A DNA stretch of 58,866 nucleotides from an uncultured Mycoplasma sp. (GTDB lineage: Bacteria > Bacillota_I > Bacilli_A > RF39 > UBA660). Position numbers and translations under genes: made by a program. Location: assembly GCA_947646115.1 (NCBI GenBank), contig CANSFH010000005.1, positions 1 through 58,866 of the forward strand. Reading direction: 5' to 3'. The notes below the pieces were generated by a model that was not told where the DNA came from, did not search any database, and saw only the letters and a list, made by a program, of their open reading frames with translations. Below are positions 9,560-19,731 of this stretch, piece by piece (positions within the stretch are counted from its first letter, which is position 1; the number at the start of each line of letters is the position of its first letter).

Positions 9560-10591
9560 TTATTCTTCGTTATTTTTAAGCATCTCTTTATCGAATCCAT
9601 AATGTTCACGCACTTTTTTATCTATTTCATCTCTAAGAGCTATATTATCTTTTAAATAAAGTTTAACATTTTCTTTACCTTGACCAATTTTCTCACCATT
9701 ATAAGAATACCAAGCACCACTTTTATCCATTATATCTAAAGATGCAGCAATATCAATTAATTCACCTTCTCTTGATATTCCTTCCCCATACATTATATCT
9801 ACAGTAGCAGTTTTAAATGGTGGTGCAACTTTATTTTTAACAACTTTAATATTAGTTTTATTACCTACTATTTGATCTCCTTGTTTAATTTGTTCTGCTC
9901 TTCTTATATCAAGCCTAATTGTTGCATAAAATTTAAGCGCTCTTCCACCTGGCGTAGTTTCAGGATTACCAAACATAACTCCAACTTTTTCCCTTAATTG
10001 GTTTATAAAAATAGCTGTTGTTTTAGTTTTATTTATAGTCCCTGATAGTTTTCTCAAAGCTTGACTCATTAATCTTGCTTGAAGCCCAACATGAGAATCT
10101 CCCATCTCTCCATCAATTTCAGCTTGTGGAACTAATGCAGCAACTGAATCTATTACAACAATATTTACCGCTTCACTTCGAACTAAAGCTTCACATATTT
10201 CTAAAGCTTGTTCTCCTGTATCAGGTTGTGATAATAAAAGTTCATTAATATCTACACCTAAAGCTTTAGCGTAAACTGGATCAAGAGCATGTTCTGCATC
10301 AATAAAAGCTGCTCTACCTCCAAGTTTCTGCACTTCCGCTATCGCTTGTAAAGCAATTGTTGTTTTACCGCTTGATTCAGGTCCATATATTTCAATAATT
10401 CTTCCTTTAGGAAATCCACCTACTCCTAAAGCTACATCTAATGCTAAAGAACCACTTGAAGTAACATCAATTTTAGAATGTTCTTCACTGCCTAATTTCA
10501 TGATTGCCCCAGCCCCAAATTGTTTTTCAATATCAGCCAAAACTTGTTCTAGAGCTTTATCTTTATTCTTTTCATCTTTAACTTGTTTCAT
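9560..10591 (-). CDS. recA: Recombinase RecA
   Basis: [29 protein letters not shown] motifs. Confidence 0.99.
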   Translation of the reverse strand: MKQVKDEKNKDKALEQVLADIEKQFGAGAIMKLGSEEHSKIDVTSSGSLALDVALGVGGFPKGRIIEIYGPESSGKTTIALQAIAEVQKLGGRAAFIDAEHALDPVYAKALGVDINELLLSQPDTGEQALEICEALVRSEAVNIVVIDSVAALVPQAEIDGEMGDSHVGLQARLMSQALRKLSGTINKTKTTAIFINQLREKVGVMFGNPETTPGGRALKFYATIRLDIRRAEQIKQGDQIVGNKTNIKVVKNKVAPPFKTATVDIMYGEGISREGELIDIAASLDIMDKSGAWYSYNGEKIGQGKENVKLYLKDNIALRDEIDKKVREHYGFDKEMLKNNEE

Positions 10592-10668
10592 AATTCTTTC
10601 CCTTCATTTTGAATACTAGTAATTTTAATATGATAAAATATCATTTTATTCTACCAACCTACATTTAT

Positions 10669-10708
10669 AGTATAGCATACGAAAAATTGTATGTCAAACA
10701 TTTTTTCG
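10669..10708 (-). promoter_or_regulatory. recA sigma-A promoter with two SOS(LexA)-like boxes
   Basis: Minus strand TTGACA-17-TATACT with extended TG; CGAAAAAATGTTTG and CATACAATTTTTCG overlap the -35 and resemble CGAAC-N4-GTTCG. Confidence 0.7.
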
Positions 10709-10856
10709 CTATATTAAAATTTTATCTTCAACAAAACCCTTATACATTATTTTAAATAAAGAAAAGAAAAATAGCAAGCAAAACTATTATTTATATTTAC
10801 CTTTTAATTCCAACTATCCCCGAAGTAATAAAAACAAACAATTTTCATATAATAAT

Positions 10857-10884
10857 TTGACATATTAAAAAAAATGTGTATAAT
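10857..10884 (+). promoter_or_regulatory. rpsD promoter
   Basis: TTGACA-16-TATAAT. Confidence 0.6.
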
Positions 10885-10892
10885 TATTAGTG

Positions 10893-11028
10893 CAAGTACA
10901 TGGCAGTGTTCTATTAAGAATTATAATGTGTTTATTGTCTAATCAGATATAAAAGTATTTAGGACTGCCCTAAAGAAATTATTAAAATAAACTCCCTATA
11001 ATTATTTTAGAACAACCCTTTGTATTTA
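10893..11028 (+). ncRNA. Probable S4 ribosomal protein leader (autoregulatory 5' UTR)
   Basis: Long UTR before rpsD with nested pairings GTTCTA/TAGAAC, AATTATA/TATAATT, GTTTATT/AATAAAC. Confidence 0.55.
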
Positions 11029-11052
11029 GATTAATAGAAAGGAGAATAAAAA

Positions 11053-11655
11053 ATGGCAAGATATACTGGACCTGCTTATAAAAAATCACGTAGATTAAAC
11101 TTTTCTACTTTAGAAAATGGTAAAGATTTAGCTCGTCGTCCTTACGCTCCTGGAGCTCATGGAAATGACAGACGTAAAAAATTAAGCGAATATGGTGTCC
11201 AATTACAAGAAAAACAAAAAGTTAGAATTATGTATGGATTAAATGAAAAACAATTCCATAAATTATTCGAACGTGCATCTAAAATGAAAGGTGTGGCTGG
11301 CGAAAATATGTTAAAACTTCTTGAATCTCGTTTAGATAACGTAGTTTATCGTATGGGATTAGGAAACACTAGACGTGCAGCAAGACAAGTTGTTAACCAT
11401 GGACACATTACAGTTAATGGTGTTAAAGTTGATATTCCATCATATTCTTGTAAACCAGGCGACATTATCGCTGTAAAAGAAAATTCTTTAGATCATCCAG
11501 CTATTAGAGCTAGCGTTGAAGCTAAAGCAACACTTCCTGCTTTTGTTGAATTTGATAAAAACAAAATGACTGGTACTTATGTAAGATATCCAGAAAGAAG
11601 TGAATTAAATCAAGAAATCAACGAATCATTAATCGTAGAATTCTACAACAGATAA
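11053..11655 (+). CDS. rpsD: 30S ribosomal protein S4
   Basis: [34 protein letters not shown] motifs. Confidence 0.99.
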   Translation: MARYTGPAYKKSRRLNFSTLENGKDLARRPYAPGAHGNDRRKKLSEYGVQLQEKQKVRIMYGLNEKQFHKLFERASKMKGVAGENMLKLLESRLDNVVYRMGLGNTRRAARQVVNHGHITVNGVKVDIPSYSCKPGDIIAVKENSLDHPAIRASVEAKATLPAFVEFDKNKMTGTYVRYPERSELNQEINESLIVEFYNR

Positions 11656-11656
11656 T

Positions 11657-11685
11657 AAAAGCTATTCCAAATGAATAGTTTTTTT
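11657..11685 (+). terminator. rpsD terminator
   Basis: GCTATTC-CAAAT-GAATAGT hairpin plus T-run. Confidence 0.7.
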
Positions 11686-11729
11686 ATTTTAAATAATTAC
11701 ATGGTATAATGTTAATAGGAGGTTTTGTT

Positions 11730-13010
11730 ATGAAAAAAGAACCCATAGAAAAAATTTATGAGAAATATAATCAAGGATTAGCAACTATACAAGATATTGC
11801 TAAATATTTCAACATTCCTATTGATCCCAATAGATTATCAGATTATCAAATAACTAAATTTGATTTAGATAGTTTATCTATCGAAATAATTGACACCAGA
11901 ACTTGCACCACACATACAGCATGTTATAGTAAAAATAGTGAAACTTTAGGCTTTATGGCCTATGTCGAAGAAATTACTTTTATTAATGTAACGTCAAAAA
12001 ATTCTATATATGAAAGAAGACAAGATTACCATATTGGTGAAAAAATTCCCATTTTAGAAACCTTAACTATTCGTAAAGGTAAATATGGTTTAACATTTAA
12101 GAAAACTATGCCTGGTGTCGTAAACGATATTTTTCTACAAGATGGAATCCAATTTTTAGTTACATACTCTACTGAAAATGAACATAATGAACAATGTAAA
12201 TTGCTTGGACATTTATATAAAACAAACTATACTCGCAAAAACATAAATGCTTTTGAACAATTATTTATTTTTGAGAATTCTTATACCAGTAATTACCCTA
12301 ATCATTTTTGCTTTGATATAGAAGGTAACTTAATCGTTGGATCTAAAACAAACACTAGACCAACTATCGAAGGAGCATGCTTTGAAGTTATTACTAATGA
12401 TAATTTATATGAAGTTTTTTCAAATTTTACTTTACCTGGCCAAGGTCCCTTAAAAGATCTTTCTCATATAACTCCTTCACAGATGGAATCTGCTATTTTA
12501 TATGCAGGCTATAGTCACTCACCTAAAGTTTCTTTATATTATGACCTAGAAATATGCAAAGTAAATGGCCAAATTTCTATAAAATATAGTATCAAAAAAG
12601 AATGGTATTATGATTTTATTATAAAACGCATTTATCCTGAACCAATAACAACCGTTAAGTTATATGCTATTCCTGCTTTAGAGACTGGAAGTATTACTAT
12701 ACAAGAAATAGATAACATTATAAATGAACTTCAAAATAGATTTCTAGATGACTTCACAAAAATAATTATTCAAGATTTATTAAGATTTAAACAAAAATTA
12801 GCTATAAAAAAAGGATTAGTTTCCGAAGTATTAAGTCCTTTATCTCCCAAATTATTAATAAATAAAAGTTTTGCTGAAATAGCTGATGAAATAAGTGCTA
12901 CTCCTGATGAATATTTTAATTTTATGGCTGAACTATTTGATTCTACTGTTAATCCCGCTCCTACTAGTGATACTCAAATTAGAGCTCGTAAACTTAAAAA
13001 TAAAATATAA
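11730..13010 (+). CDS. Hypothetical protein
   Basis: Long ORF; TATAAT and AGGAGG before ATG at 11730; no recognisable domain. Confidence 0.7.
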   Translation: MKKEPIEKIYEKYNQGLATIQDIAKYFNIPIDPNRLSDYQITKFDLDSLSIEIIDTRTCTTHTACYSKNSETLGFMAYVEEITFINVTSKNSIYERRQDYHIGEKIPILETLTIRKGKYGLTFKKTMPGVVNDIFLQDGIQFLVTYSTENEHNEQCKLLGHLYKTNYTRKNINAFEQLFIFENSYTSNYPNHFCFDIEGNLIVGSKTNTRPTIEGACFEVITNDNLYEVFSNFTLPGQGPLKDLSHITPSQMESAILYAGYSHSPKVSLYYDLEICKVNGQISIKYSIKKEWYYDFIIKRIYPEPITTVKLYAIPALETGSITIQEIDNIINELQNRFLDDFTKIIIQDLLRFKQKLAIKKGLVSEVLSPLSPKLLINKSFAEIADEISATPDEYFNFMAELFDSTVNPAPTSDTQIRARKLKNKI

Positions 13011-13113
13011 TAACTAGTTTATGATTTTATCATATATTGTAAAGATTTATAATACTTATTTTATTTATAAACTTATTAATGATATAGTTAATATAGGAAT
13101 ATTTAACTGTTAG

Positions 13114-13230
13114 GTGTTTACCTTCTTTCATTCTTACAAGATACGAAAGAAAGATATATTAATATCCATTCTTCTATTTATTATCACTTTACTAATTATT
13201 ACCTTATTGGTATTAGTTATAAAGAAATAG
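13114..13230 (+). CDS. Small hydrophobic peptide, candidate type I toxin (38 aa)
   Basis: GTG start: MFTFFHSYKIRKKDILISILLFIITLLIITLLVLVIKK*; single TM plus KK tail; start codon uncertain. Confidence 0.55.
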   Translation: MFTFFHSYKIRKKDILISILLFIITLLIITLLVLVIKK

Positions 13231-13329
13231 ACACCCAATTACATTCGTAATAAGGTGTCTTAAACCAATTAGATACCCAACACGCGAAGTTGAATATTCT
13301 TTTTTTATTGTATGAATCTTCTTTCATCT
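13221..13329 (-). ncRNA. Candidate antisense antitoxin RNA
   Basis: Minus-strand TTGGAA-17-TATAAT promoter (13364-13336); terminator hairpin AGACACC...GGTGTCT (13229-13260) followed by ATTTCTTT. Confidence 0.5.
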
Positions 13330-13375
13330 ATATGCATTATATTATAAAAATTTTATTTTTCCAATAACTTAAGCT

Positions 13376-14039
13376 CTATGAAATATCTATACCACCAAAC
13401 ACACATACATAATTAATATAAATAGTTACACTACTTTTATCTTCTTCAGTATATTTATTTTCTACTCCCCCAAAAATAGGCGTCCCACTCGTTTTAATTT
13501 TTACATTATCAGGTACTCTAATATCTATACCACCAAATATAGTTGTACATTCAATTACAATATCTTTATCAATTTTAGCTTTTCTAAGATCTAAATTAAC
13601 TCCCCCCAAAAATTGATATAGCTTTAAAATCACTTGTTATTTCCTTAATTTTCTCATCAACTTCCGAAAATATTGCCACGTATTCTAAAGCATTTTTACT
13701 TGTTTTCATTTTAGGGTTTTTTAAACTTCTAAAAATAAGCATAACACCCATTACAATAACTAGGATTGGTACAAATATTTTCCATATTTTACTCCATGAA
13801 ATAATGTCCCTACAAGCAAGCAGTAATAGCACTCCCACTACTAAAGAAATAAATGATCCACTCATACTATCTTTATCTAATAATCCTATAATTGATGGTA
13901 CAATAATAAATAATGTCCACCATCCTTTAAAGAATAAATTAATATGCCAAATATCAAGACTATTTCCTAAAAATAATACTCCTCCTATAATTAATAAAAC
14001 ACCCCATAAAATACTTTTTCTTTTCATTTTCATCACCAA
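13376..14039 (-). pseudogene. LiaF-like cell-envelope stress membrane protein split by a frameshift at a G6 tract
   Basis: ORFs 13596..14039 (TM part) and 13376..13633 (IFGG repeats) join as IFGGVNLDLR if one G is removed at 13602-13607. Confidence 0.75.
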
Positions 14040-14083
14040 TTAAATTATAGCATAACATACTTCTTCTGTATATTTAAATATTT

Positions 14084-14782
14084 TTAATTTTGTAAAATCC
14101 ATTTAATAATTTCACCTTTAAGATAAAAATATTCATCTTCTGTAAACTGCATATTAGCAATACAATACTCTTTATTAGACATATGACTACAAAATATACA
14201 TTCATATAAATTACTACAATCTTGAATAAATAGTGAATTACTAATTTTAGCTGAACAAATTACATTATAGGAATTAGTACAAGTATTAGAATCATCTACT
14301 CTTATACAATAATTAAGATTAGTACTTCGTTGACTTGCTATTGTATAATTAGATTCATGAATTCCATCACAAAATACAATATTATTACAACGGCCACAAT
14401 CTGTGGAATTATAAACATTAGTAGAATTATATATAGGATCACTTTTACTAACATTCATACTTTCATATACTCTTTCTGTCGTTGTATAATTAATACTATC
14501 CCAAATCTCTAATAGTTCTTTTAAATTCTTAACTGTTTTTTTATCTAATATCCAACCTTCATTATTATCTCGCTTCTCCATATTAGCATTAGTTATAAAT
14601 TTAAGAGAATTAACTGTAACCGTATAAGTTTCCTCACCTGTTGTAGAATCCCTAACAGCTATAGGTAATCTTACATCAAAAGCAAACTTACTTTTTACCT
14701 CATCTAAACTATAAGGCGAATCTTTATCAAACACCGCCTTAAAAATTTTATTAATAACCTCTTTAGTTTCTATTTCACTCAT
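14084..14782 (-). CDS. Cys/Ser/Asn-rich repeat (beta-helix-like) hypothetical protein
   Basis: Periodic S/C-x-N motifs; C-terminal CIFCSH...YCIANMQFTEDEY. Confidence 0.7.
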   Translation of the reverse strand: MSEIETKEVINKIFKAVFDKDSPYSLDEVKSKFAFDVRLPIAVRDSTTGEETYTVTVNSLKFITNANMEKRDNNEGWILDKKTVKNLKELLEIWDSINYTTTERVYESMNVSKSDPIYNSTNVYNSTDCGRCNNIVFCDGIHESNYTIASQRSTNLNYCIRVDDSNTCTNSYNVICSAKISNSLFIQDCSNLYECIFCSHMSNKEYCIANMQFTEDEYFYLKGEIIKWILQN

Positions 14783-14784
14783 TA

Positions 14785-16626
14785 TTATACCTTCTTTCTA
14801 CTACTACTTGATTTACTCATAATATCCCCTGCTGTTACATTACTATCAATATTAAACTCAAAATTAAAAGGTTTTTCTTCTACACTTTCTTTTATAATAA
14901 ATTTATTTTCTTTATAATTATTTTTAACTTTAGAAACAAAATTGACAGTTTTAGCTTTAAAAGCTGGATACATAGAACCTCTATTACTAATTCTTACTAT
15001 ACATTCTTGATTTTTTAAATTAGTAAGTAATTTATATTTATCTTCATCTTTATCACTATTAACTAACTTTATCTCTAGATTTTTTTCTAGTAATATCGCA
15101 TCACTTCTTGCTACCCTAAATATATAATAATTAAGGGTATTAGCTAGTATTGCATCTTTTAAATCATCACTTATTTGGCTAAAATATTGTCCTGCTAAAA
15201 TCACATTAACATTAAATTTTCGCATTTCAGATAAATAACGAGCTAAAATTGGATTTTCTATAACTGCAACTTCATCTACTATAAAAATAATATGCTCATC
15301 CATTATTCTTTCTTCTGCGATTAAAAATAATTGTTGCATTAATAAACCTGCTATAGTTTTTGTAACTTTATCTCCTAAATTAATTCTATTTAATGAAAAA
15401 ACACTTAAAAAATTATTTTTTATTATATCTATTAACCCATTATTTTCTTTAATATCATTAAATACGGGAACCATTTGCATTTCATCAATAAAAGATATTA
15501 TTGGCGCAATTGCTTCATTATAGCTAGAAGTTTTAAGTTCATTAAAATCTGTTAAAAAGAAATATGATACACTAGATGGTAATTCTCTTTTAAGTTCTCT
15601 AATAAGCTCATTACGATAATCTAAATTAAGTAAAAGACGCCGCAAATTAACAAAGGAAAAATCTTTTTTCTCTAAAAGAATATAAATACTATATCTTAAA
15701 ACACGTTCCAATTTAGCATTATAAGAATCATTAATTAATGATTTAAAAAGACTCATTAATAGCTCCACATTAGCATTAATATCTTTAATATTATTTTTAA
15801 ATAAATCAATCATTCTCTCATCTTTAAAATCAATTACAGCATTTTGTATCCCACCTAAATCATCTTTTAACGCATCATGAGGATCAATAACCACTACTTT
15901 ATATTTCTGTTTATTATATTTATAAATATTGCTAATAAGTAAAGCTAAAAATTTAGACTTACCTGCCCCACTAGCCCCCATTACTAAAGAATGTCTATCA
16001 AAATCAAAGGCATTATGATTTAAGAAAAAGTTATCCTCTAAATAAGGAAATGTATCTACCTTCATTATTGCTTCTGCTTCATCATTACGAAACAGATGCA
16101 TTACTTTATCAATACTCATATATTTAGGGAATTTCTGATAACAAAAGCTTTTAGCTTCATTAAAATCAACATGTAAAATATTTATTGGAGTTCTAAAAAA
16201 CAAATTTTTACAACATAACTTATTTTTATATTTATATTTTAATTTAATTTTAGATAGTATTGAATTTTCTTTATTATAACCTCGCATATAAAAAATTATC
16301 TCTGTAAATTCTTTATCTTTTTTCTTTAAATTATTATAAATATTAACAACATTATCTAAAATATTATTAAAATAAATACCACAAAATAATCCTTTATCAC
16401 TTAAAATTTCATCAGTAGCTCTTAATAAAAAATTGGTATTATTTAAACTTATAGGAAGTTTAATTGGTGATACTATATAATATCTAAATTTATTATAATC
16501 TAATTTTATAACTAGTTTCCAAAAATGCAAAGCACCAATAAACTTTTGTAAAGAAGAAAGATAATTATGCCATTCTTCTCTTGTAACATTTTTATTATTT
16601 AAATAAATCTCGTAATAATATTTCAT
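14785..16626 (-). CDS. DUF87/HerA-VirD4-like P-loop ATPase
   Basis: HSLVMGASGAGKS, VVIDPH, IFIVDE, EMRKFNVNVILAGQ motifs. Confidence 0.8.
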   Translation of the reverse strand: MKYYYEIYLNNKNVTREEWHNYLSSLQKFIGALHFWKLVIKLDYNKFRYYIVSPIKLPISLNNTNFLLRATDEILSDKGLFCGIYFNNILDNVVNIYNNLKKKDKEFTEIIFYMRGYNKENSILSKIKLKYKYKNKLCCKNLFFRTPINILHVDFNEAKSFCYQKFPKYMSIDKVMHLFRNDEAEAIMKVDTFPYLEDNFFLNHNAFDFDRHSLVMGASGAGKSKFLALLISNIYKYNKQKYKVVVIDPHDALKDDLGGIQNAVIDFKDERMIDLFKNNIKDINANVELLMSLFKSLINDSYNAKLERVLRYSIYILLEKKDFSFVNLRRLLLNLDYRNELIRELKRELPSSVSYFFLTDFNELKTSSYNEAIAPIISFIDEMQMVPVFNDIKENNGLIDIIKNNFLSVFSLNRINLGDKVTKTIAGLLMQQLFLIAEERIMDEHIIFIVDEVAVIENPILARYLSEMRKFNVNVILAGQYFSQISDDLKDAILANTLNYYIFRVARSDAILLEKNLEIKLVNSDKDEDKYKLLTNLKNQECIVRISNRGSMYPAFKAKTVNFVSKVKNNYKENKFIIKESVEEKPFNFEFNIDSNVTAGDIMSKSSSSRKKV

Positions 16627-16701
16627 ACTAAAAACCCCATTTGCTACTATAGTATAAATAATTTCAAATAAAAAAAACTGACTTTTTATGTACAATAAAA
16701 G

Positions 16702-17493
16702 TTAATTTATTGGTATCAAAAAATCAGTTACATCATCATGATAATATTCAAGTTCTGGTAAATCTTTCAAAGAATACTCACAAGTCGGCAAAAACTTCAA
16801 ATAAAATCTATCTGACATTTCCTGAATATCTTTTGCTTCTTGAGAAGGAATACGAAACTTAAGCCACCTTGATTTAGAAAATTTAACTTCCGTCATTTCT
16901 GGATATTTATTTTTCCATAAAACCCAATATTCATATTGATCACTATTAAAACGATCTTGATAAACTATCATCCCATAATCAGGCATCGGATAATCTTTTT
17001 TTACTTTTGTAAATAGTGCTGGGGCTTCTTTTCTTATTTTCATGTTATCAGTTTTAATTCCAATACCATATATTGAGAAATCTTCCATTTCAATAATTTC
17101 ATATTGCAACTCTTCTTCAATAACTGGTATTTTAAACTCTAATTTTGGATAAAAAATAAGTTTACTTGTTTTTTTAACTTCAGTTGGCTTAATTCCATGA
17201 AATTTAACAAAAGCTCGCGAAAAAGAGGTAGCACTATTATATCTGTACTTAATAGCAACATCGATAACTTTCATTTCACTCTGTGCCAGATCTTTACCAG
17301 CAAGAGTTAGTCTTCTTTTACGAATATATTCTGTAAGTGTTATTCCACTAATTAAAGGAAATAATCTTTGCAAAGTTGAAATATTAACTCCAACCATTTT
17401 AGAAAGCTTTTGATAATCTATTTCTTCATCAAGATTATTCTCAATATATAAAATCATCCTATTTAAATTATTATAAAAATCCATATTAATCAC
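16702..17493 (-). CDS. AraC family regulator with effector-binding domain
   Basis: EYIRKRRLTLA...SFSRAFVKFHG HTH; GyrI-like C-terminus. Confidence 0.9.
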   Translation of the reverse strand: MINMDFYNNLNRMILYIENNLDEEIDYQKLSKMVGVNISTLQRLFPLISGITLTEYIRKRRLTLAGKDLAQSEMKVIDVAIKYRYNSATSFSRAFVKFHGIKPTEVKKTSKLIFYPKLEFKIPVIEEELQYEIIEMEDFSIYGIGIKTDNMKIRKEAPALFTKVKKDYPMPDYGMIVYQDRFNSDQYEYWVLWKNKYPEMTEVKFSKSRWLKFRIPSQEAKDIQEMSDRFYLKFLPTCEYSLKDLPELEYYHDDVTDFLIPIN

Positions 17494-17532
17494 TATCTAA
17501 ATTTTACAACATTTTACATCTTTGTTCAAGCA

Positions 17533-18399
17533 TTAGTCAAATTGATTAGGTAATTGGTCTATTGAAACTCCATCTTCTTTTCCAAAAACAACTTGTACAT
17601 TGTCAAATTCTTTATTTCGAAAATTGTTTAATAACTCATAATCATCCTGTGTCATTTCAAAATTTAAAGCTTCTATATTTTCTTTAATTCTATCTTTATT
17701 AGAAGACTTAATAATAGGCATAATATTTTTTTCATTTACTAAATAATTAATAATAATCTGATTTTGAGTTTTTTGATATTTTTTAGCTAAATTAACTAAA
17801 ACATCATAATTTCGAAGTGCCGTTCTATTTCTTCTAAGCGGCTGATATGCTACAAATTTAATATTATTTTTAGCACAATAATCCAAAACACCTATGTCTT
17901 CATATATTTTGCACTCTAAATTATATACTCCTTCAAAAAAATCAAGTTTAACAATTTTACATATATCCTTTAACTGTTCCAAATTAACATTACTAATTCC
18001 AACATAACGTATCTTTTTTATTTCTACAAGTCGTTTTATTTCTTCATATACATCTTCTAGGGAAATATTAGTAAATCTTGGACTGTGAAGTTGTATTGCA
18101 TCAACATATTCTATATCAAGCTCTTTCAAATATAAATTGAGCTGCGCTTCAACATCACTTCTCGTATTAATAGTTGGGTCTAAATTAACCATAATAAATA
18201 TTTTATCTCTTGGAACACTATCTAAAAATCTTTTCATTTGTTTAACGTTTAAGCCATTATTATAAAGCATAGATAAAGATGTATAATTTTCTCCCAATTG
18301 AAAAGCATATTTTAATGACTCTAATTCTTGATCAAAATTTTCGACATCTAATTTCCATGTTCCAATTCCTATTTTTGATAAATCCTCTAACTTTAACAT
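17533..18399 (-). CDS. Aldo/keto reductase
   Basis: IGIGTW, LHSP, YVGISN, AYQPL, IIKS motifs. Confidence 0.85.
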   Translation of the reverse strand: MLKLEDLSKIGIGTWKLDVENFDQELESLKYAFQLGENYTSLSMLYNNGLNVKQMKRFLDSVPRDKIFIMVNLDPTINTRSDVEAQLNLYLKELDIEYVDAIQLHSPRFTNISLEDVYEEIKRLVEIKKIRYVGISNVNLEQLKDICKIVKLDFFEGVYNLECKIYEDIGVLDYCAKNNIKFVAYQPLRRNRTALRNYDVLVNLAKKYQKTQNQIIINYLVNEKNIMPIIKSSNKDRIKENIEALNFEMTQDDYELLNNFRNKEFDNVQVVFGKEDGVSIDQLPNQFD

Positions 18400-18462
18400 A
18401 TTAAGCCTTCTTTCTATGCTTTATTATCTCATAAAAAGAAATATTAAACAATTAAAAAAGAC

Positions 18463-19731
18463 TTAGTCTTTAATCATCTTAACTATTGTCTTTTCTTTAG
18501 TATTTATTTTACTTATAACATTATCAATATCAGTAAGTGTAATACTTTCATATATTTCTTTAGTATTATCTATAACTTTATCATAAGTTATTAAGTAACT
18601 TTGAAGTAAATTATTAACATTTTCTACATCTTCATAATTTATTATCATCGCAGCTATCGCCGAGTTTACTTTTCTTTTTAAATCACTTTCATCTAAAGTT
18701 AAATTATCTAATGCCTCTATTACTCTTTTTATTGCTTCATCCAAATATTTACTTTCAATTGTAATATCAATCACAACAAACTCATCTTCTACATATCTAG
18801 AGAAAGACATATAAGTAATAAGACCATTTTGTAATAATTCTTCTTTTAAATTTGAAGTCTCCCCAAAGTTACTAGCAAGAATTATACTTAAAATTATATT
18901 TAACTTTGCTTTATCATAATCTTTAAAAACTTTTCGTGGAATTTTAAGCCCAATTTTAGCTTTTTCTACTTCTACTTGAGATTTTATTACTACTTCTTTT
19001 TTATGTACACCTTTTGGCTCTGTAGTTTTAACAACTTTAGGATTTAAATATTTTTGAATATCTTTATTATCCAAATTTTCATTTACTATTTTCTCTATCA
19101 AATAGGGATTAACATTACCCGTAACAATTAAAAACATATTTTTTGGATGATAAAAAGCATCATAAATTAAATTAATATCATCTAAATCAATATTTTTAAC
19201 ATCCTCTACTTCCCCCGTTACTAAATTACGAAATTTTTCTTTGTGATACATCGCCTTATTAAATTCAAAATAAAGATTATTATAAGGTTGATCTTTACCC
19301 ATATTTATTTCTGATATAATAATTCCTTTTTCTTTTTTTATCATTTCTTTTGTAAAATAAGGATTATACACGTAATCAAGTAAATTATTTAAATTTTTTT
19401 CTAACTCACTAGTACCATAAACTAAATAGCTAGTATATTTAAAAGTAGTAAAAGCATTAATATCACTTCCCAGGGGATCAAATAAATCATTAGCTGTAGT
19501 GTCTTTATCAACATTAAATTTAATATGTTCCATAAAGTGTGCTATTCCATTTGGAACTTTATGTTTTTTACCATCAATCATAAATTCTGTATCAATCGAA
19601 CCGTACTTTACATTTAAAGATAAATAGAAACTTTTAGCAAACTCATTTTTCCAAATATATATAGGTAATCCTAATTTAGAAGTGACAAAATATATTTCTT
19701 CATCTATTCCTTTTATTTTAATTTTCTCCAT
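18463..19731 (-). CDS. M16 family zinc peptidase (YmfH-like)
   Basis: GIAHFMEH, NAFTT motifs. Confidence 0.9.
   Translation of the reverse strand: MEKIKIKGIDEEIYFVTSKLGLPIYIWKNEFAKSFYLSLNVKYGSIDTEFMIDGKKHKVPNGIAHFMEHIKFNVDKDTTANDLFDPLGSDINAFTTFKYTSYLVYGTSELEKNLNNLLDYVYNPYFTKEMIKKEKGIIISEINMGKDQPYNNLYFEFNKAMYHKEKFRNLVTGEVEDVKNIDLDDINLIYDAFYHPKNMFLIVTGNVNPYLIEKIVNENLDNKDIQKYLNPKVVKTTEPKGVHKKEVVIKSQVEVEKAKIGLKIPRKVFKDYDKAKLNIILSIILASNFGETSNLKEELLQNGLITYMSFSRYVEDEFVVIDITIESKYLDEAIKRVIEALDNLTLDESDLKRKVNSAIAAMIINYEDVENVNNLLQSYLITYDKVIDNTKEIYESITLTDIDNVISKINTKEKTIVKMIKD

Noticed and set aside
13095-13306. 6S RNA
   Set aside because: The ends pair, but the interior is a clean TM-peptide ORF with a convergent promoter; type I TA fits better (not excluded without cmsearch)
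14785-16695. HerA-based defence system or conjugative element
   Set aside because: No SIR2/NurA/DUF4297 partner, relaxase or mating-pair genes adjacent
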